A DNA stretch of 64,000 nt, taken from an uncultured delta proteobacterium (lineage in GTDB: Bacteria; Desulfobacterota; Zymogenia; Zymogenales; Zymogenaceae). Positions 39,051 to 50,824 of the stretch are shown here, one piece after another. Under the pieces are notes generated by a model. The model was not told where the DNA came from and did not search any database. It saw only the letters and a program-made list of their open reading frames with translations. Numbering within the stretch: the stretch's first letter is position 1; the number at the start of each line of letters is the position of its first letter. The position numbers and the translations under genes are program-made. The stretch covers positions 32,001 through 96,000 of the forward strand of contig CAWBYW010000016.1 in the NCBI GenBank assembly GCA_963792965.1, in the 5' to 3' direction.

Positions 39051-40403
39051 CTATTTATTATTCTTTGTTTTAAGACTCTTTTCGTGCCGTGCCCTCAGAG
39101 CCGAGAGCCGCCGTTTGATCTCCTCCTCAAAGCCCCGGTCGGTAGGGTGATAGTAGACCCTCCCCGCGAGCTTTTCCGGGAGCCGATCCTGGTCGACCTT
39201 GGCGTCCTGGTAATCGTGCGCGTATTTATAGCCTTTCCCGTAGCCGATCTCCTTCATGAGGCGGGTGGGCGCGTTGCGAATGACCAGCGGCACCGGCAGC
39301 GCCCCGTACCTTTTAACGTCCCCGGAAGCCTGGCCGAACGCGGCGTAAACCGCGTTGCTCTTGGGCGCGCATGCAAGGTAGACAGCGGCCTCCGCCAGCG
39401 CGATCTCCCCCTCGGGGTGGCCCATGAAGTGGTAGGCATCCTTTGCCGCCACGGCCACGCTGAGCGCCCGGGGGTCGGCAAGCCCCACGTCCTCCATCGC
39501 CATACGGATGAGCCGGCGGGCGATATAGAGGGGATCCTCGCCCCCCTCGATCATCCGGGCCAGCCAGTAGAGCGCCGCGTCCGGGTCGGAGTCCCGGACA
39601 GACTTGTGCAGCGCCGAGATGATGTTGTAGTGCTCCTCGCCCCCCTTGTCGTACATGAGGGCGCGCTTCTGCATCGCCTCCTCGGCGATGGGAAGGGTGA
39701 TGTGGATGGTGCCGTTCGGCTCGGGGGCGGTGTTTCCCACGGCGATCTCGATGCCCAAGAGCGCAATCCGCGCGTCCCCATGGGCCTGAGAGGCCAGGTG
39801 GGCCAGGGCGTCGTCATCGATGGCAAGCGGGAGGTTCCCGAGCCCGCGCTCTTTATCGGCAACGGCGCGCCGGACGATTGTCAACAGGTCCTGTTCCTCG
39901 AGCGCCGCGAAGACGTAGACCCGCGTGCGGGAAAGGAGCGCGGAGTTGACCTCAAACGAGGGATTTTCGGTGGTGGCGCCGATGAGGGTGATGGTGCCGT
40001 CTTCAACGTACGGCAGGAACACGTCCTGCTGCGCCTTATTGAAGCGGTGGATCTCGTCGATGAAGAGGATTGTCTTTTTACCGGAGTACTTGAGGTCGTT
40101 CTTGGCCTTCTCGATGACCTCCTTGACGTCCTTGATCCCGGAGGTGACGGCCGAAAACGAGACGAAGTCCGCGTTTGACCGCTCGGCGATGACGCGGGCA
40201 AGCGTCGTCTTGCCGGTGCCGGGCGGGCCCCAGAAGATCATCGAGGTCAGCTCGTCGGCCTCGATGGATTTACGCAGGAGTTTTCCGGGCCCGAGGATAT
40301 TTGCCTGCCCCACAAACTCGTCCAGGGTCTTGGGCCGCATGCGGTCTGCCAGCGGTGCACGCTTTTCCCGCCGCTTCTTTTCGGAATGGTCAAAGATATC
40401 CAC
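39051..40403 (-). CDS. rarA: replication-associated recombination protein A (MgsA)
   Basis: PLADRMRP, GPPGTGKTT, DEIHRFNKAQQD, ISALHKSVRDSD. Confidence 0.96.
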   Translation of the reverse strand: MDIFDHSEKKRREKRAPLADRMRPKTLDEFVGQANILGPGKLLRKSIEADELTSMIFWGPPGTGKTTLARVIAERSNADFVSFSAVTSGIKDVKEVIEKAKNDLKYSGKKTILFIDEIHRFNKAQQDVFLPYVEDGTITLIGATTENPSFEVNSALLSRTRVYVFAALEEQDLLTIVRRAVADKERGLGNLPLAIDDDALAHLASQAHGDARIALLGIEIAVGNTAPEPNGTIHITLPIAEEAMQKRALMYDKGGEEHYNIISALHKSVRDSDPDAALYWLARMIEGGEDPLYIARRLIRMAMEDVGLADPRALSVAVAAKDAYHFMGHPEGEIALAEAAVYLACAPKSNAVYAAFGQASGDVKRYGALPVPLVIRNAPTRLMKEIGYGKGYKYAHDYQDAKVDQDRLPEKLAGRVYYHPTDRGFEEEIKRRLSALRARHEKSLKTKNNK

Positions 40404-40666
40404 AGGTTCCCTCTTTGACGTAATTATAGTAGGAATATACCGGTGAGGCAAGGGATTATTATTACCGGAATGGTCCGTGATATGAGTAGGCAGATTGATG
40501 GTATCAGATTAATTAGAAGCCCTGATCTGAGAAAGCACTTGTAATTGGGCCTATCATCTGATACTATTTATTAAGAATTAATACGCAGGGTCAAAAGCGA
40601 GTCCATGGAAGTTATATCTCGCGTTACGTTGCTCTTAGCTTTCCCATTTAGTAATTGATTAGTTTT

Positions 40667-41942
40667 ATGCCCAAAACAAAGCCCATCCCCGAATACGATG
40701 CTCCGCCCCAACAAGACATCCCCTCCGCCGAATCGTTTGACCGCTTGAATCTCGACGAGCGCGTCTTTTCCGGGGTTCATGACCTCGGATTCGTCATCCC
40801 CACCGAGATTCAGAAAAAGGCCCTCCCCTATACCCTCTTGGGATATGACCTGATCGGCCAGGCGCAGACCGGCACGGGCAAGACCGCGGCCTTTCTCATC
40901 ACGATCTTTGACCGGCTCCTCAAGAATCCGCCTCAGACAAGCATTTTACCCCGGGCGCTCATTATCGCGCCGACCCGGGAGCTCACCGTCCAGATCGAGC
41001 GTGAGGCCCATGATCTCGGCACCCACACGGGACTTGCCACCACCTCCGTCTTTGGAGGGGTCGATTACAAAAAGCAGGCCGACACGCTCAGGGCGGGCGT
41101 CGACATCGTCGTGGGGACACCGGGGCGCCTTATCGATTACATGAAGCAGGGCATTCTGAAGACGGACGGCATCGAGATCCTCGTCATCGACGAGGCCGAC
41201 CGCCTCCTCGACATGGGCTTCATCAAAGACCTCCGCTTTGTCCTCAAGAAGCTCCCGCCGTTTGTCGGGCGCCAGACGCTCCTCTTCTCGGCCACGATCA
41301 CGTTTTCGGTCATCGAGGCGACGTATGCCTACATGAAAATCCCCGTCGAGGTCTCCGCTACCCCCGAGAGCATCACCGTCGAAGAGGTGACGCAACAGCT
41401 CTACCACGTCGGGAAGCGTGAAAAATTTCGGCTGCTGCTTGGGTCTCATCGGAAAAATCGACAGCGAAAAGATCCTGATTTTTGCCAACACGAAGAGCGG
41501 CGTGATGATGCTCAAGGAGCGGCTCGTCAGAAACGGGATCTCCGCGCAGGCCCTCTCGGGCGACATTCCCCAGAGGAAGCGCCTTTCGATCCTCGAGCGT
41601 TTCATGAGGGGAGAGCTCAGGGTGCTCATCGGCACGGACGTGGCTTCCCGGGGCCTCCACATCGAGGACGTCGACTGCGTGGTCCTCTACGACCTGCCCC
41701 AGAATCCCGAGGATTACGTCCACCGTATCGGGAGGACCGCCCGGGCGGGAAAGAGCGGGATCGCGATCTCTATCGCCACCGAAAACGACGCCCACCTCCT
41801 CGAGCCCATCGAGCGGTTCATCGGCCAGAAGCTCCCCTTTATCGTGGTAAACGAGACCGATCTCGGGGAGGAGACGGATGTCCAGCAGGCCGACGAGAGG
41901 AAGCAAAACCGCGGCAGACCGGGAAATAGGAAGCGGTGGTAA
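40667..41942 (+). CDS. DEAD-box RNA helicase (RhlB-like), frameshift near 41440
   Basis: AQTGTGKT, PTRELT, DEAD, SAT in frame 1; TDVASRG, YVHRIGRTAR in frame 2. Confidence 0.9.
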
Positions 41943-42047
41943 GACGGTGAAGCGGCTCACGTCAAGTCACTCGGCCCGCGGCCAATAAGCCTCACTCTTC
42001 GCCGCGGCCCGATCGGCCCCGATCTCGCCTCAGGGCTCCGGCCCCTA

Positions 42048-43414
42048 CTATCTACCCGCCTCGATTTTGTACAGCTTGATCTTCTTGTGGAGGTGGCTAC
42101 GCTCCATGTTGAGGACTTTGGCGGTCTGGCTGATGTTGAAGTCGTTTTCCCTGAGCTTTTTCTCGATAAAGATGCTTTCGAACCGATCCCGCGCCTCCCT
42201 GATGTCGTCGGTGGCAAAGAGCGATACGTCGGTTCCCTCTTCCCGCTTACCCCTGATGTAATCCGGGATATCCTCGGGGCCGATGGTGCTGTCCTTGGTC
42301 ATGATGGTGAGCCGCTCGACCAGGTTCTTCAGCTCGCGGACGTTCCCCGGCCAGTGGTAGCCCTTGAGGATCTCGATCGCTCCGCGGGTCTATTGTCTTT
42401 TTCCGGCGCTGTTCTCCCTTTGCAAACTCCTCGATAAAATGATTCACGAGGAGCGGGATGTCCCCTACGCGCTCTCTGAGCGGGGGCACGTCAAGCGGAA
42501 TCACGTTGAGACGGAAGTAGAGGTCTTCCCGGAAGGTGCCCGTCCTCGATCTTTCTGATCAGGTTCTGGTTGGTCGCCGCGACAACGCGCACGTCCACCT
42601 TTATGGTCTTTGCCCCCCCCACCCGATCGAAGCTCCCCTCCTGGAGGATCCTGCAGGATCTTGGCCTGGGTCTTCAGGCTCATGTCGCCGATCTCGTCCA
42701 GAAAAATCGTCCCGCCGTCGGCGGCGTCGAACTTCCCGAACTTCCTGGCATGGGCGCCGGTAAAGGCGCCCTCGCTCGTAGCCGAAGAGCTCGCTCTCGA
42801 TGAGCTCCTCGGGGATCGCCGCGCAGTTGACCTCCACAAAGGGGGAGTCGCTGCGCGTGCCCATGGCAAACAATGCCCGCGCCACGAGCTCCTTGCCGGT
42901 GCCGTTCTCCCCGGAGATCAGCACGTAGCTGTCGGTGGGGGCGGCCATCTGGATTTCTTCCTTCAGCCTCATGATCGGCGGGACTCTCTCCGACGATCGT
43001 CATGCTCACGTCGAAGCGGGCTCGATAGAGGCTTACCTCGGTTTCGAGGCTTTTCTCCCGCAGGGCGTGGTCGATGGTAATGATGATCTTTTCCAGCGAC
43101 AACGGCTTTTCGATGAAGTCGTATGCCCCGAGCTTTGCCGCCTTGACGGCGGTCTCGATGGTGCCGTGCCCGGATATCATGATCACCGCCACCTCCGGGA
43201 AGTCTTCACGAAGCCTCCTGAGGACCTCCATACCGTCCATCTGGGGCATCCAGATATCCAGGAGGATCAGGTGCGGGCGCGTGGTCTCCACCAGATCGAG
43301 GGCCTCGTTCCCGTCCTGGGCGGTAAAGACTTCGTACCCCTCGTCGGAAAGGGCGCCCAGCAGCGATTTTCTGATGCTCTCTTCGTCGTCGACGATCAGT
43401 AAGCGTTTTCTCAT
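42048..43414 (-). CDS. ntrX: sigma54-dependent response regulator NtrX-like, several indels
   Basis: [38 protein letters not shown], Fis-type HTH across frames. Confidence 0.82.
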
Positions 43415-45646
43415 GAGGTCCCTATCGGAAGGTCGATGATAAACTTGGTGCCCGCAGGCGTGTTGCTGAAGACGCGGATGTCGCCCCGGTGGTCCGAGAT
43501 AATCGTGTTGACGATCGTCAACCCGAGGCCCGTCCCGCTCTTTTTGGTGGAATAGTAGGGCTCAAATATCCGGTCCTTTGATCTCCGGGGTCACCCCTCG
43601 GCCGGTGTCGGCGATGGTGAGCCGCGCTTTGCTCTGTTCTTTGAGAAACGAGGTCTGGATCTCTATCGTGCCGGTGTCGTCGATCGCCTCGACGGCGTTT
43701 TCCAAGAGGTTAATGAGGACGCGCTTGATCTGCTCCCGATCGATGTTGAGGAGCGGGAGCTCGTTGTCCTCGGAGAAACCATACGTGATGTTCTTATGCG
43801 CATCCCTATAGAGGGCCAGCGTCTCTTTGACGATATCGTTGAGATCGTTGGGCCGGGGCCGGGTGGACGGCATCCGTGCGAACTGGGAGAACTCATCGAC
43901 AAGGGTCTTCATCTCCTCCACCTGCGTGATGATGGTCCTCGTGCACTCATCCAGCACTTCTCCGTCTCCCCCGAGCCGATCGAGATATTTCTTCCGTATC
44001 CGCTGGGCCGAGAGCTTGATGGGGGTCAGGGGGTTCTTGACCTCATGGGCGATGCGCCGCGCCACCTCCCGCCAGGCGGCGATCTTCTGGGCCCGCATGA
44101 TCTCCGTGATGTCGTCAAAGACCGCCACCATCCCGAGGTAGTTGGCCTCCTCATCGACGAGGTAGTTGAGGTTGGCCATCAGAACCAGCGTCCTGTCTTC
44201 CAGCGGTATCTCGACCTGTCGCTGGATGAAGCCCTCTTTGGAGGCCTTCAGGTCTTCGACGATCCCCCTGACGATGGAGTAGTGTTTTTCACGCAGCACC
44301 TCTTCAAAGGGGTGCTCGAGCACCTTGGGCGTCTTGATGCCGAGCATACGCTCGGCGGATTTGTTGATCGTCGTGATGACGCCGTCCTTGTTCACGGAGA
44401 TGACGCCCGCCGCCACGTTTTTCAGCACGATCTCCATATAGCGTCTGCGGCTCTCCAGCTCGAGGTTTGAGCGTGACAGCTCGTTGTAGGCGCGCTCGAG
44501 CCTCCGTGACTGGGTCTTGAGATCCTGGGTCATCTTGTTAAACGAGTCCACGAGGATCCCCACCTCATCGTCGGTGGACACGTCCACGTAGACATCAAGA
44601 TTGCCGTCCGCAACCTTCTTGGTCCCTTCGGCCAAGAGCGAGATGGGGACCGTGATCCCCTTGGCCAGATAGAAACCGAGCCATGTCGCGGTAAATACCA
44701 GAAGCAGCGCGATGATGGCAAGCGTGATGAGATAGGACGCGACGATCGGCTCTTTGAGGAGCTTGTTCTTCTTGTACCCCTCAAGGAAGTTGCCGATGTT
44801 CAGCATCTTTGAAAGGAGCGATTTCGGGACGAAGTTCGCGGTCATGACCAGAGATTCCACCCCGGCGCCGCCGGCGATCGGATAGAGCGCCCAGACCACG
44901 TCACCGTATCCGATGGTCTGGATAGTCGAGACGGGCTTACCGGAGAGCGCTTCTTCAAAGAGGTCTGCCTTGAGGTGTTCGAGCGAGTTTTCCTTGATCT
45001 GATCCCCGAAGGACGACGCCAATTCCTCCATTTTCGGGCTGAATATCTTGACCAGCCCGAGGTTTCTCGCCCTCCGCTGGCTGTCGACAAATGTTCGCAA
45101 GCGCTCCCTGTTCTCCTGAGTGAGCATATCGTTTGCCGCCGCCTCTTCGCCGATCTCGCGGGCCGATTCGAGGACCGTGTTGGTCGCATCGGCGTAATAG
45201 GTCTGCGCGATATCCATTGCTCCCTCCAGCGAGTTTTCGACCTGCACGTTGAAAAAGAGGTCCATACTCGTGGAGAAAAAGAGCATCGCGGCGATGAACA
45301 TGACGACGGTGGGAAACAGCGTCAGCCCCGCAAAGGAGAGGACGAGCTTGGTCCTCAGCTTGGCGGCCTCTACGTGTCGTTTTCTCTCATAGACGAGCTT
45401 AACGAGGTTCCTCAAGACCAGGAAAATAACGAGGATCAACAGGATGATGTTGATATCGATGAGGGTAATGAGGAGGACATTTTCCGCGCCACCGATGTTG
45501 AGGTCCTTGGTGGTGATATAGGTGCCGAAGATGGTCAGGATGACGATCACGATGACCGATACGACGATGATAATCCTCTCCCTCCTCTTCCTGATCTCCT
45601 CAGGGGTCAGCTCTTTCCTCCTTTTGTTCACATTATCCTTTTTCAT
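43411..45646 (-). CDS. ntrY: NtrY-like HAMP-PAS sensor histidine kinase, frameshift near 43570
   Basis: WREVARRIAHEVKNPLTPI; GTGLGL G2 box in shifted frame whose stop overlaps the ntrX ATG. Confidence 0.85.
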
Positions 45647-45664
45647 TGTCCGCCCGGCGAACCA

Positions 45665-46225
45665 TCAATAGGAAAACTCCTCTACGTACCAGGGCGTCTT
45701 GAAATCCCAGACGCCCACAAAAAAGAGAACGTAATGGAGCGGTTTCGGGATTTGCACCTTGTCCAGCTCCGCCTTGATTTCGAGGCGATAGGTCCTGCCC
45801 TTCTCGAGGGTGGTGAGCGTCACCAGCGGGTAGAATTTCACCTGCGCCATGACCCGCTTTGCCGTTTCGTAGTCCTTGGTGGTAAAGGGTCGGGCCCCTT
45901 CTTCGTCACGGGTCACCGTATACTCCTGCTGGAGCGTGTCGTATTTTACGGTATGCTTGATCATCCGATCAACGATCGTCGGATCGCGTAAGATGCCGCC
46001 CCGATGTTGTTTGAGGACGACGTAAAAGGAAAAGGTCGTCTCGATCCCGCTCTTGATGGCCTCATCCATCTCGGGCGAATACGGGCCCTCGAGGGTAAAG
46101 TAGATATAGACGTTGTTCTGGTATTTGGTGATGACAACGTTGTTTATGGCTGCATCCTGACAGAGCGCCTGCGCCGCGCCCACGAGGAGAAACAGGATGG
46201 CAAAAATGAGACAGCGTATCTTCAT
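45665..46225 (-). CDS. DUF4390-like exported protein
   Basis: signal peptide; EAIKSGIETTFSF, VKYD, WDFKTPWY; usual neighbour of ntrY. Confidence 0.75.
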   Translation of the reverse strand: MKIRCLIFAILFLLVGAAQALCQDAAINNVVITKYQNNVYIYFTLEGPYSPEMDEAIKSGIETTFSFYVVLKQHRGGILRDPTIVDRMIKHTVKYDTLQQEYTVTRDEEGARPFTTKDYETAKRVMAQVKFYPLVTLTTLEKGRTYRLEIKAELDKVQIPKPLHYVLFFVGVWDFKTPWYVEEFSY

Positions 46226-47073
46226 TGCGTTACGATCTCGTAGGCTTTTTGGACGAAGAGCTCCCGCACGAGGAGATGGTTGAGGCGGTGGCCCGATTTG
46301 TGCGCCGTGAATTTTCCGATCAGCGGCATGCCGAAGAGGGATAAATCCCCGACGGCGTCAAGGCACTTGTGCCGAACGCACTCGTCGGGAAACCTGAGCC
46401 CCTCGGGGTTGAGGACACCGTTATCGCCGATCACCACCGCGTTGGCGAGGCTTCCGCCGAGGGCCAGCCCCCGTGCGTACATGCCGTCGATGTCATTAAA
46501 GAGCCCGAACGTCCGTGCGGGCGCCACCTCGCGGATGAAGACGTCGGGGTCCACATTACAGCAAAAGCGCTGCGTACCGACATGGGGATTCTCGTAGACG
46601 ATGGTATAGTCCATCGACAGCCCGCCGCCGTCCGGGCCCAGCTCGGCCCAACAGTCGCCCGATTCTACCCTGAGTGGCCTGACGATTCGCGCGGCCTTCC
46701 CGGGCTCTCCCGCATCCACGATCTCGGCAGACTCAAGAAGTTCCACGAAAGGCTTTGCGCTCCCGTCCAGTATCGGCACCTCGGGCCCGGTGAGCCGAAC
46801 GGTGACGTTGTCCACCCCGAGGGCAAACAGGGCCGCCGCCACATGCTCCACCGTCGCGACGCTTACCTCTCCCTCCGAAAGCGTCGTGGCAAGCTCCGTG
46901 TTCCTGATGCGCGAAAAGAGGGCCGGAATGCGGACCTCTTCGTCTACGTCCTCCCGTATGAAACCCACACCCTGGCCGGGCCGCGCGGGCGCGATCGTCA
47001 CCCTCACCGGCTTTCCCGAATGGATCCCGACCCCGTCGGTCCATACGGTCTTGCGTATCGTTTTCTGCTGCAT
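46222..47073 (-). CDS. lpxC: UDP-3-O-acyl-N-acetylglucosamine deacetylase
   Basis: GVGIHSG, TVEH, EVPILDGSA, ARTFG, HKCLDAVGD, KSGH. Confidence 0.95.
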   Translation of the reverse strand: MQQKTIRKTVWTDGVGIHSGKPVRVTIAPARPGQGVGFIREDVDEEVRIPALFSRIRNTELATTLSEGEVSVATVEHVAAALFALGVDNVTVRLTGPEVPILDGSAKPFVELLESAEIVDAGEPGKAARIVRPLRVESGDCWAELGPDGGGLSMDYTIVYENPHVGTQRFCCNVDPDVFIREVAPARTFGLFNDIDGMYARGLALGGSLANAVVIGDNGVLNPEGLRFPDECVRHKCLDAVGDLSLFGMPLIGKFTAHKSGHRLNHLLVRELFVQKAYEIVTQ

Positions 47074-47127
47074 TGTCGCTATTATATATCGGGCAGGTTT
47101 TCGAAACAAGCCTTTTTCACGTCGTCG

Positions 47128-47799
47128 TCAGGGGACGAATTGGGCGGACTCTTTACCGGCGAGCTTCTGCGGAATGGTAATGGACCCGGTAATGTCCTGA
47201 AAGTCGCTTCCCTGTTCCCGGAAGGGCATATAGACGAGCCCGGGCGCCTCAAGCGTCAGGGTGAGCCCCTCGACGAACTCCCGGGATCCCTTTCGCTCCT
47301 CCGACAGGGTTGAGATAAAGACGACGCGGGCGTAGTGTGCCGCGGTATTTTCGTCGATACAGGGCCCCCAGATCCGGCCACCGATCGGCCCGCCGGCTTT
47401 CAGGACCGGCTGCATATAGGTGAAAAGGCGCGAGATCGAGAGCCGAAAACGCTCGACGGAAAGCTCCGCCGCCACGACAAAGAGGGACAGCGGTCGGTTC
47501 TCCAGGTCTTTAATCGATTCGAGAAAGGCGATATGCTCACAATATGAGGAGTAGTCGTCTATCGTCCCGAGGGGAGTATGTGCCGTCATCCGGAATATCC
47601 AGACAGGGATGTAGTTGACGGTGGTTATGTCCCCTTCGATCCAGGTGAAGGCCTTCCTGACGAGCTTTCCCTCTTTCTGTTCCCAGAGCGAGAGACACCG
47701 CCGACACAGAAAGGCCCGGTCATGTGTCCCGATACCGACATCGTGGCCGCACCCCGGGCAGCGCAGAGGGACCAGCACGATGGACGGCTGTCTAACCAA
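47128..47799 (-). CDS. zinc-ribbon protein, YdjG-like paralog 3 (no TM)
   Basis: TTG start after GGAGG, overlapping upstream stop; CPGC...CRRC, YIPVW, LVYMPF. Confidence 0.65.
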   Translation of the reverse strand: MVRQPSIVLVPLRCPGCGHDVGIGTHDRAFLCRRCLSLWEQKEGKLVRKAFTWIEGDITTVNYIPVWIFRMTAHTPLGTIDDYSSYCEHIAFLESIKDLENRPLSLFVVAAELSVERFRLSISRLFTYMQPVLKAGGPIGGRIWGPCIDENTAAHYARVVFISTLSEERKGSREFVEGLTLTLEAPGLVYMPFREQGSDFQDITGSITIPQKLAGKESAQFVP

Positions 47800-48832
47800 T
47801 GGCAACCTCCCCGCCGGCCCATGGCGTGACGAAAAGGCGAAACATCGTCCCCCAAAGCCAGTTCCACCCCCTGAAGACGAGCAGGTAGAGGGCGACGGCG
47901 ACCACGAAGACGAGGGCGACGGGGGCCGTCGTCGCGACGAAGGCGATGAGGGCAAGGATCAACAGTCCGGGCAGCGCACGGACACCGCCCTTTTTCGGGA
48001 CGCGGGCAAAGAGAAGATCGCCGCTCAGACCGTCCACCACCGCCCGGGTGGGGGAGCCTTCATACAGAAACCGGACGATCCAGACCGGGTAGTGGATCGT
48101 CGTAATCTCCTCGGTCACCTTCTCGGCCTCGAAATAGTCAACGGATATCGCGGCGGGTCTGCTAGAGGCGATAAGCATCGCCCATGCCTCCTTTGCCGCC
48201 GCCTCATGATCCTTCAGGGGCGTAAAGACCTCTCCGTCCGTGACGGCGTCCGGATCGAAGGGGAATAGCTCCAGCGCCGTCGACCGCGCCCAGAGTCCGA
48301 CGAGTCCCATCTCCGAGACGTCGACAGCGGGGGTGAAGTAGCTGAGATCCTTGAAGAAGCCCTCCATCACCGACTTCTTCACCTCATGGGGAATAACGAT
48401 TTCCTGGTGATTACCCGACTCCTTCCATTGGTAATCCAATCCCGCCATTCGGCCGATGTACCACCCGCCGCCCAAGACGGAGGCCCGGAAGAAGGGGACA
48501 TAGACGAGGCGCGAGTCAATGAAGTGCGCCGGCCTCCCCGTGCCCTCCTTCGTCTTTTTACCGCTTACGAGATCCCTGACGCGATCGGCCGCCTCGTGCC
48601 TCGCCAGTCTGTTTGGGATCCAGTAACTGAGCTCTCCCCTTTTCCCCACGACCATGTGGGCAAGGCCGCAGTGATCGCAGACGACCCGCGTGCTTCCCTC
48701 CACAAACCCGAGCCCGGCCCCGCACGAGGGGCACATCAGCGCGACCGTGAAGAGGCTTCCCGACGGTTCGGGGATTATCCCATGCTCGCTCGTAGCATGA
48801 GGATACCGATCGGCGGCGCCGTTACTTTTCAT
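47792..48832 (-). CDS. zinc-ribbon membrane protein, YdjG-like paralog 2
   Basis: ATGA overlap; CPSC...CDHC, LVYVPFF, HYPVW...VVDGLSG, C-terminal TMs. Confidence 0.7.
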   Translation of the reverse strand: MKSNGAADRYPHATSEHGIIPEPSGSLFTVALMCPSCGAGLGFVEGSTRVVCDHCGLAHMVVGKRGELSYWIPNRLARHEAADRVRDLVSGKKTKEGTGRPAHFIDSRLVYVPFFRASVLGGGWYIGRMAGLDYQWKESGNHQEIVIPHEVKKSVMEGFFKDLSYFTPAVDVSEMGLVGLWARSTALELFPFDPDAVTDGEVFTPLKDHEAAAKEAWAMLIASSRPAAISVDYFEAEKVTEEITTIHYPVWIVRFLYEGSPTRAVVDGLSGDLLFARVPKKGGVRALPGLLILALIAFVATTAPVALVFVVAVALYLLVFRGWNWLWGTMFRLFVTPWAGGEVAIG

Positions 48833-49557
48833 GGTTTCCCATCTCCGGGTCCGATCGCCCGGGTTGATACGATCAGACAAATAAGGGCGGCCGCCCCAAT
48901 GGCGGCCGCCCGATAGATAATTTCGTCAAAAAGGAGCCCCGCGACGACGAAGAGGCACGCGGCTCCCGCAAAGAAGACCAGCGGTCTGATGGGGATCGTA
49001 CTTTTCGGCACCGGTATGGTGTCGGAATAGACTCTCGACGAGTCGCCCACGAGCCAGCCCGTGTAAGTGCCGCGTCCGCCAAAGGAGCGCATGGCGTAAA
49101 GCGGGAGGTAGACGAGATCAAGACGGCGCACGTCGCCCGCGGCGATCACCGCCTCCGGGGGAATCGTGGGGTCAACGACTGTGGCGGTCGGCCGGGAATT
49201 CTCCTCGAAGAAAACGAGTCGGCCCGGAGGAACCTTCACCGGGCCGAGCTCCATAGAGGAAATCTTCGCCGCGAGAGCGGCGGTAACTGTGCCGTCCGTT
49301 CGTCGGATCATCCAAAACGGGACATACGAAAACTCGACGCCGATGTCCGCATCGGCGCGCGCGACCCCCGCGTCTGTGAGCCGCTGAAGGAATACCCCTT
49401 TTGCCCAGAGGTCATTGGGGGCATGCCGCATGATCAGGCGCCCGAAGGTGCGGTCTCCCTCCAAAACGAGGGACGATTTACAGAAGGGGCAGGCGAAGAA
49501 GCGGCGCTCATCGGTCCGATCTATCTTTGCCCCACACTGCGAGCACCCGACAATCAT
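48829..49557 (-). CDS. zinc-ribbon membrane protein, YdjG-like paralog 1
   Basis: CSQC...CPFC, YVPFW, LVYLPLY, two C-terminal TMs. Confidence 0.7.
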   Translation of the reverse strand: MIVGCSQCGAKIDRTDERRFFACPFCKSSLVLEGDRTFGRLIMRHAPNDLWAKGVFLQRLTDAGVARADADIGVEFSYVPFWMIRRTDGTVTAALAAKISSMELGPVKVPPGRLVFFEENSRPTATVVDPTIPPEAVIAAGDVRRLDLVYLPLYAMRSFGGRGTYTGWLVGDSSRVYSDTIPVPKSTIPIRPLVFFAGAACLFVVAGLLFDEIIYRAAAIGAAALICLIVSTRAIGPGDGKP

Positions 49558-49614
49558 GTTGCGTCGTCTCTATCCATCAGCTTGACCACGGACACGCGAT
49601 GCCCGCACACGGAT

Positions 49615-50809
49615 TCACTTCCCTGTCTTCTTCCCCGTTTTCTCCCCGTCTTCTGCTGTATTCTCGCCCGTCTTCTCGCCGCACTCCGTGCAGAACTTGG
49701 CCCCGTCGGCCAGTTTCGCGCCACACTTGGGGCACTTGGTCTCTTCGCCCACGGTCTTGCCGCAGACGGGGCAGAACTTCGCCTCCGGCGGCAGGTCCTT
49801 GCCGCACTGCGAGCATTTGTTGACGACCACCAGCTGTGTCCCGCAGCTGGTGCAGAACCGCGCGTTGAGCGGCACCTGGGCGTGACACTTCGGGCACAAC
49901 ACGTACCCCTGTTTATCCGGGGCATCGCCGCCCGCCAGGGTCTGGTAGAGCATCCCCGGTATCATCCCGCCGAGCCCCACGCCGACGATGGTCCCCACGC
50001 CGCCGGCGGCCCCGCCGGCCGCCGTTCCGCCCGCCGCGCCCGGCCGCGGCGGCGCCGGTGCCGAAGTTGCCGATGGCCTTGGCGGCCTCGAATTTAAGGA
50101 ATTTGTTCATGTCGCCGACGACGCCCATGCCGGTCCGCTCGTCGATGACCTTCTGGACTTCGTCGGGCGGGGTGATCTCGTTAACGAAGAAATCGATCAG
50201 CTCGATCCCGTACTTGTTGAAATCCTCCTTGAGCCTGACCTTAGCCACCACCGAAAGCTCGTCATAGTTCTGGGGCAGGTCCAGTATGCTCTTCATGTTT
50301 TCGCCGAGGAAGTCGTTGAGACGCGAGACGATGACGTCCCTCAGATACCCCGAGATGTCGTCGGTAGTGAAGATCGCCTTTGTGGCCACGATCGTATTGA
50401 TGAAGAGGAGCGGCTGGGTGATCCGCACCGTGTAGTTGCCGAAGGCGCGCAGCCGCACGACCCCGTACTCGCTATCCCGGAAAGCGACCGGGTTTCTGGT
50501 GCCCCACTTCATGTCGGTGAAGACCTTCATGTTGACGAAGAGGACCTCGCACCGAAAGGGGCTTGTCCCGCCGAAGGGGAGCGCCAGGATCTTCGTCAAA
50601 ATCGGCAGGTTCATGGTGGTCAGCGTATGTCTGCCGGGGCCGAAGACGTCAAGCCCTTTCCCGTCTCGGAAGAAGACCGCCGACTCATTTTCCCGGATAA
50701 TCAGCTGAGCGCCGAGCTTCGTCTCGCCGGAGCCGGACTCGGGAATGCGGTGCACCATCTCGTTCTGGTTTTCAAAAAAGTATTCGATGACTTCAAGATA
50801 CTGGGCCAT
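49615..50809 (-). CDS. SPFH/band-7 protein (YdjI-like) with three C-terminal zinc ribbons; frameshift in Gly/Ala linker near 50045
   Basis: AVFFRDGK...FGPGRHTLTTMNLP, KWGTRNP, VRLRAFG; three CxxC-x10-FCxxCG repeats in ORF 49615..49998. Confidence 0.85.
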
Positions 50810-50824
50810 GGGTCTGTTCCTCCT

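Noticed and set aside
49670-49900. Repeated GCAGAAC-containing units suggesting CRISPR or tandem repeats
   Set aside because: They encode the three zinc ribbons of the SPFH protein. I saw no CRISPR array or cas gene in the window.
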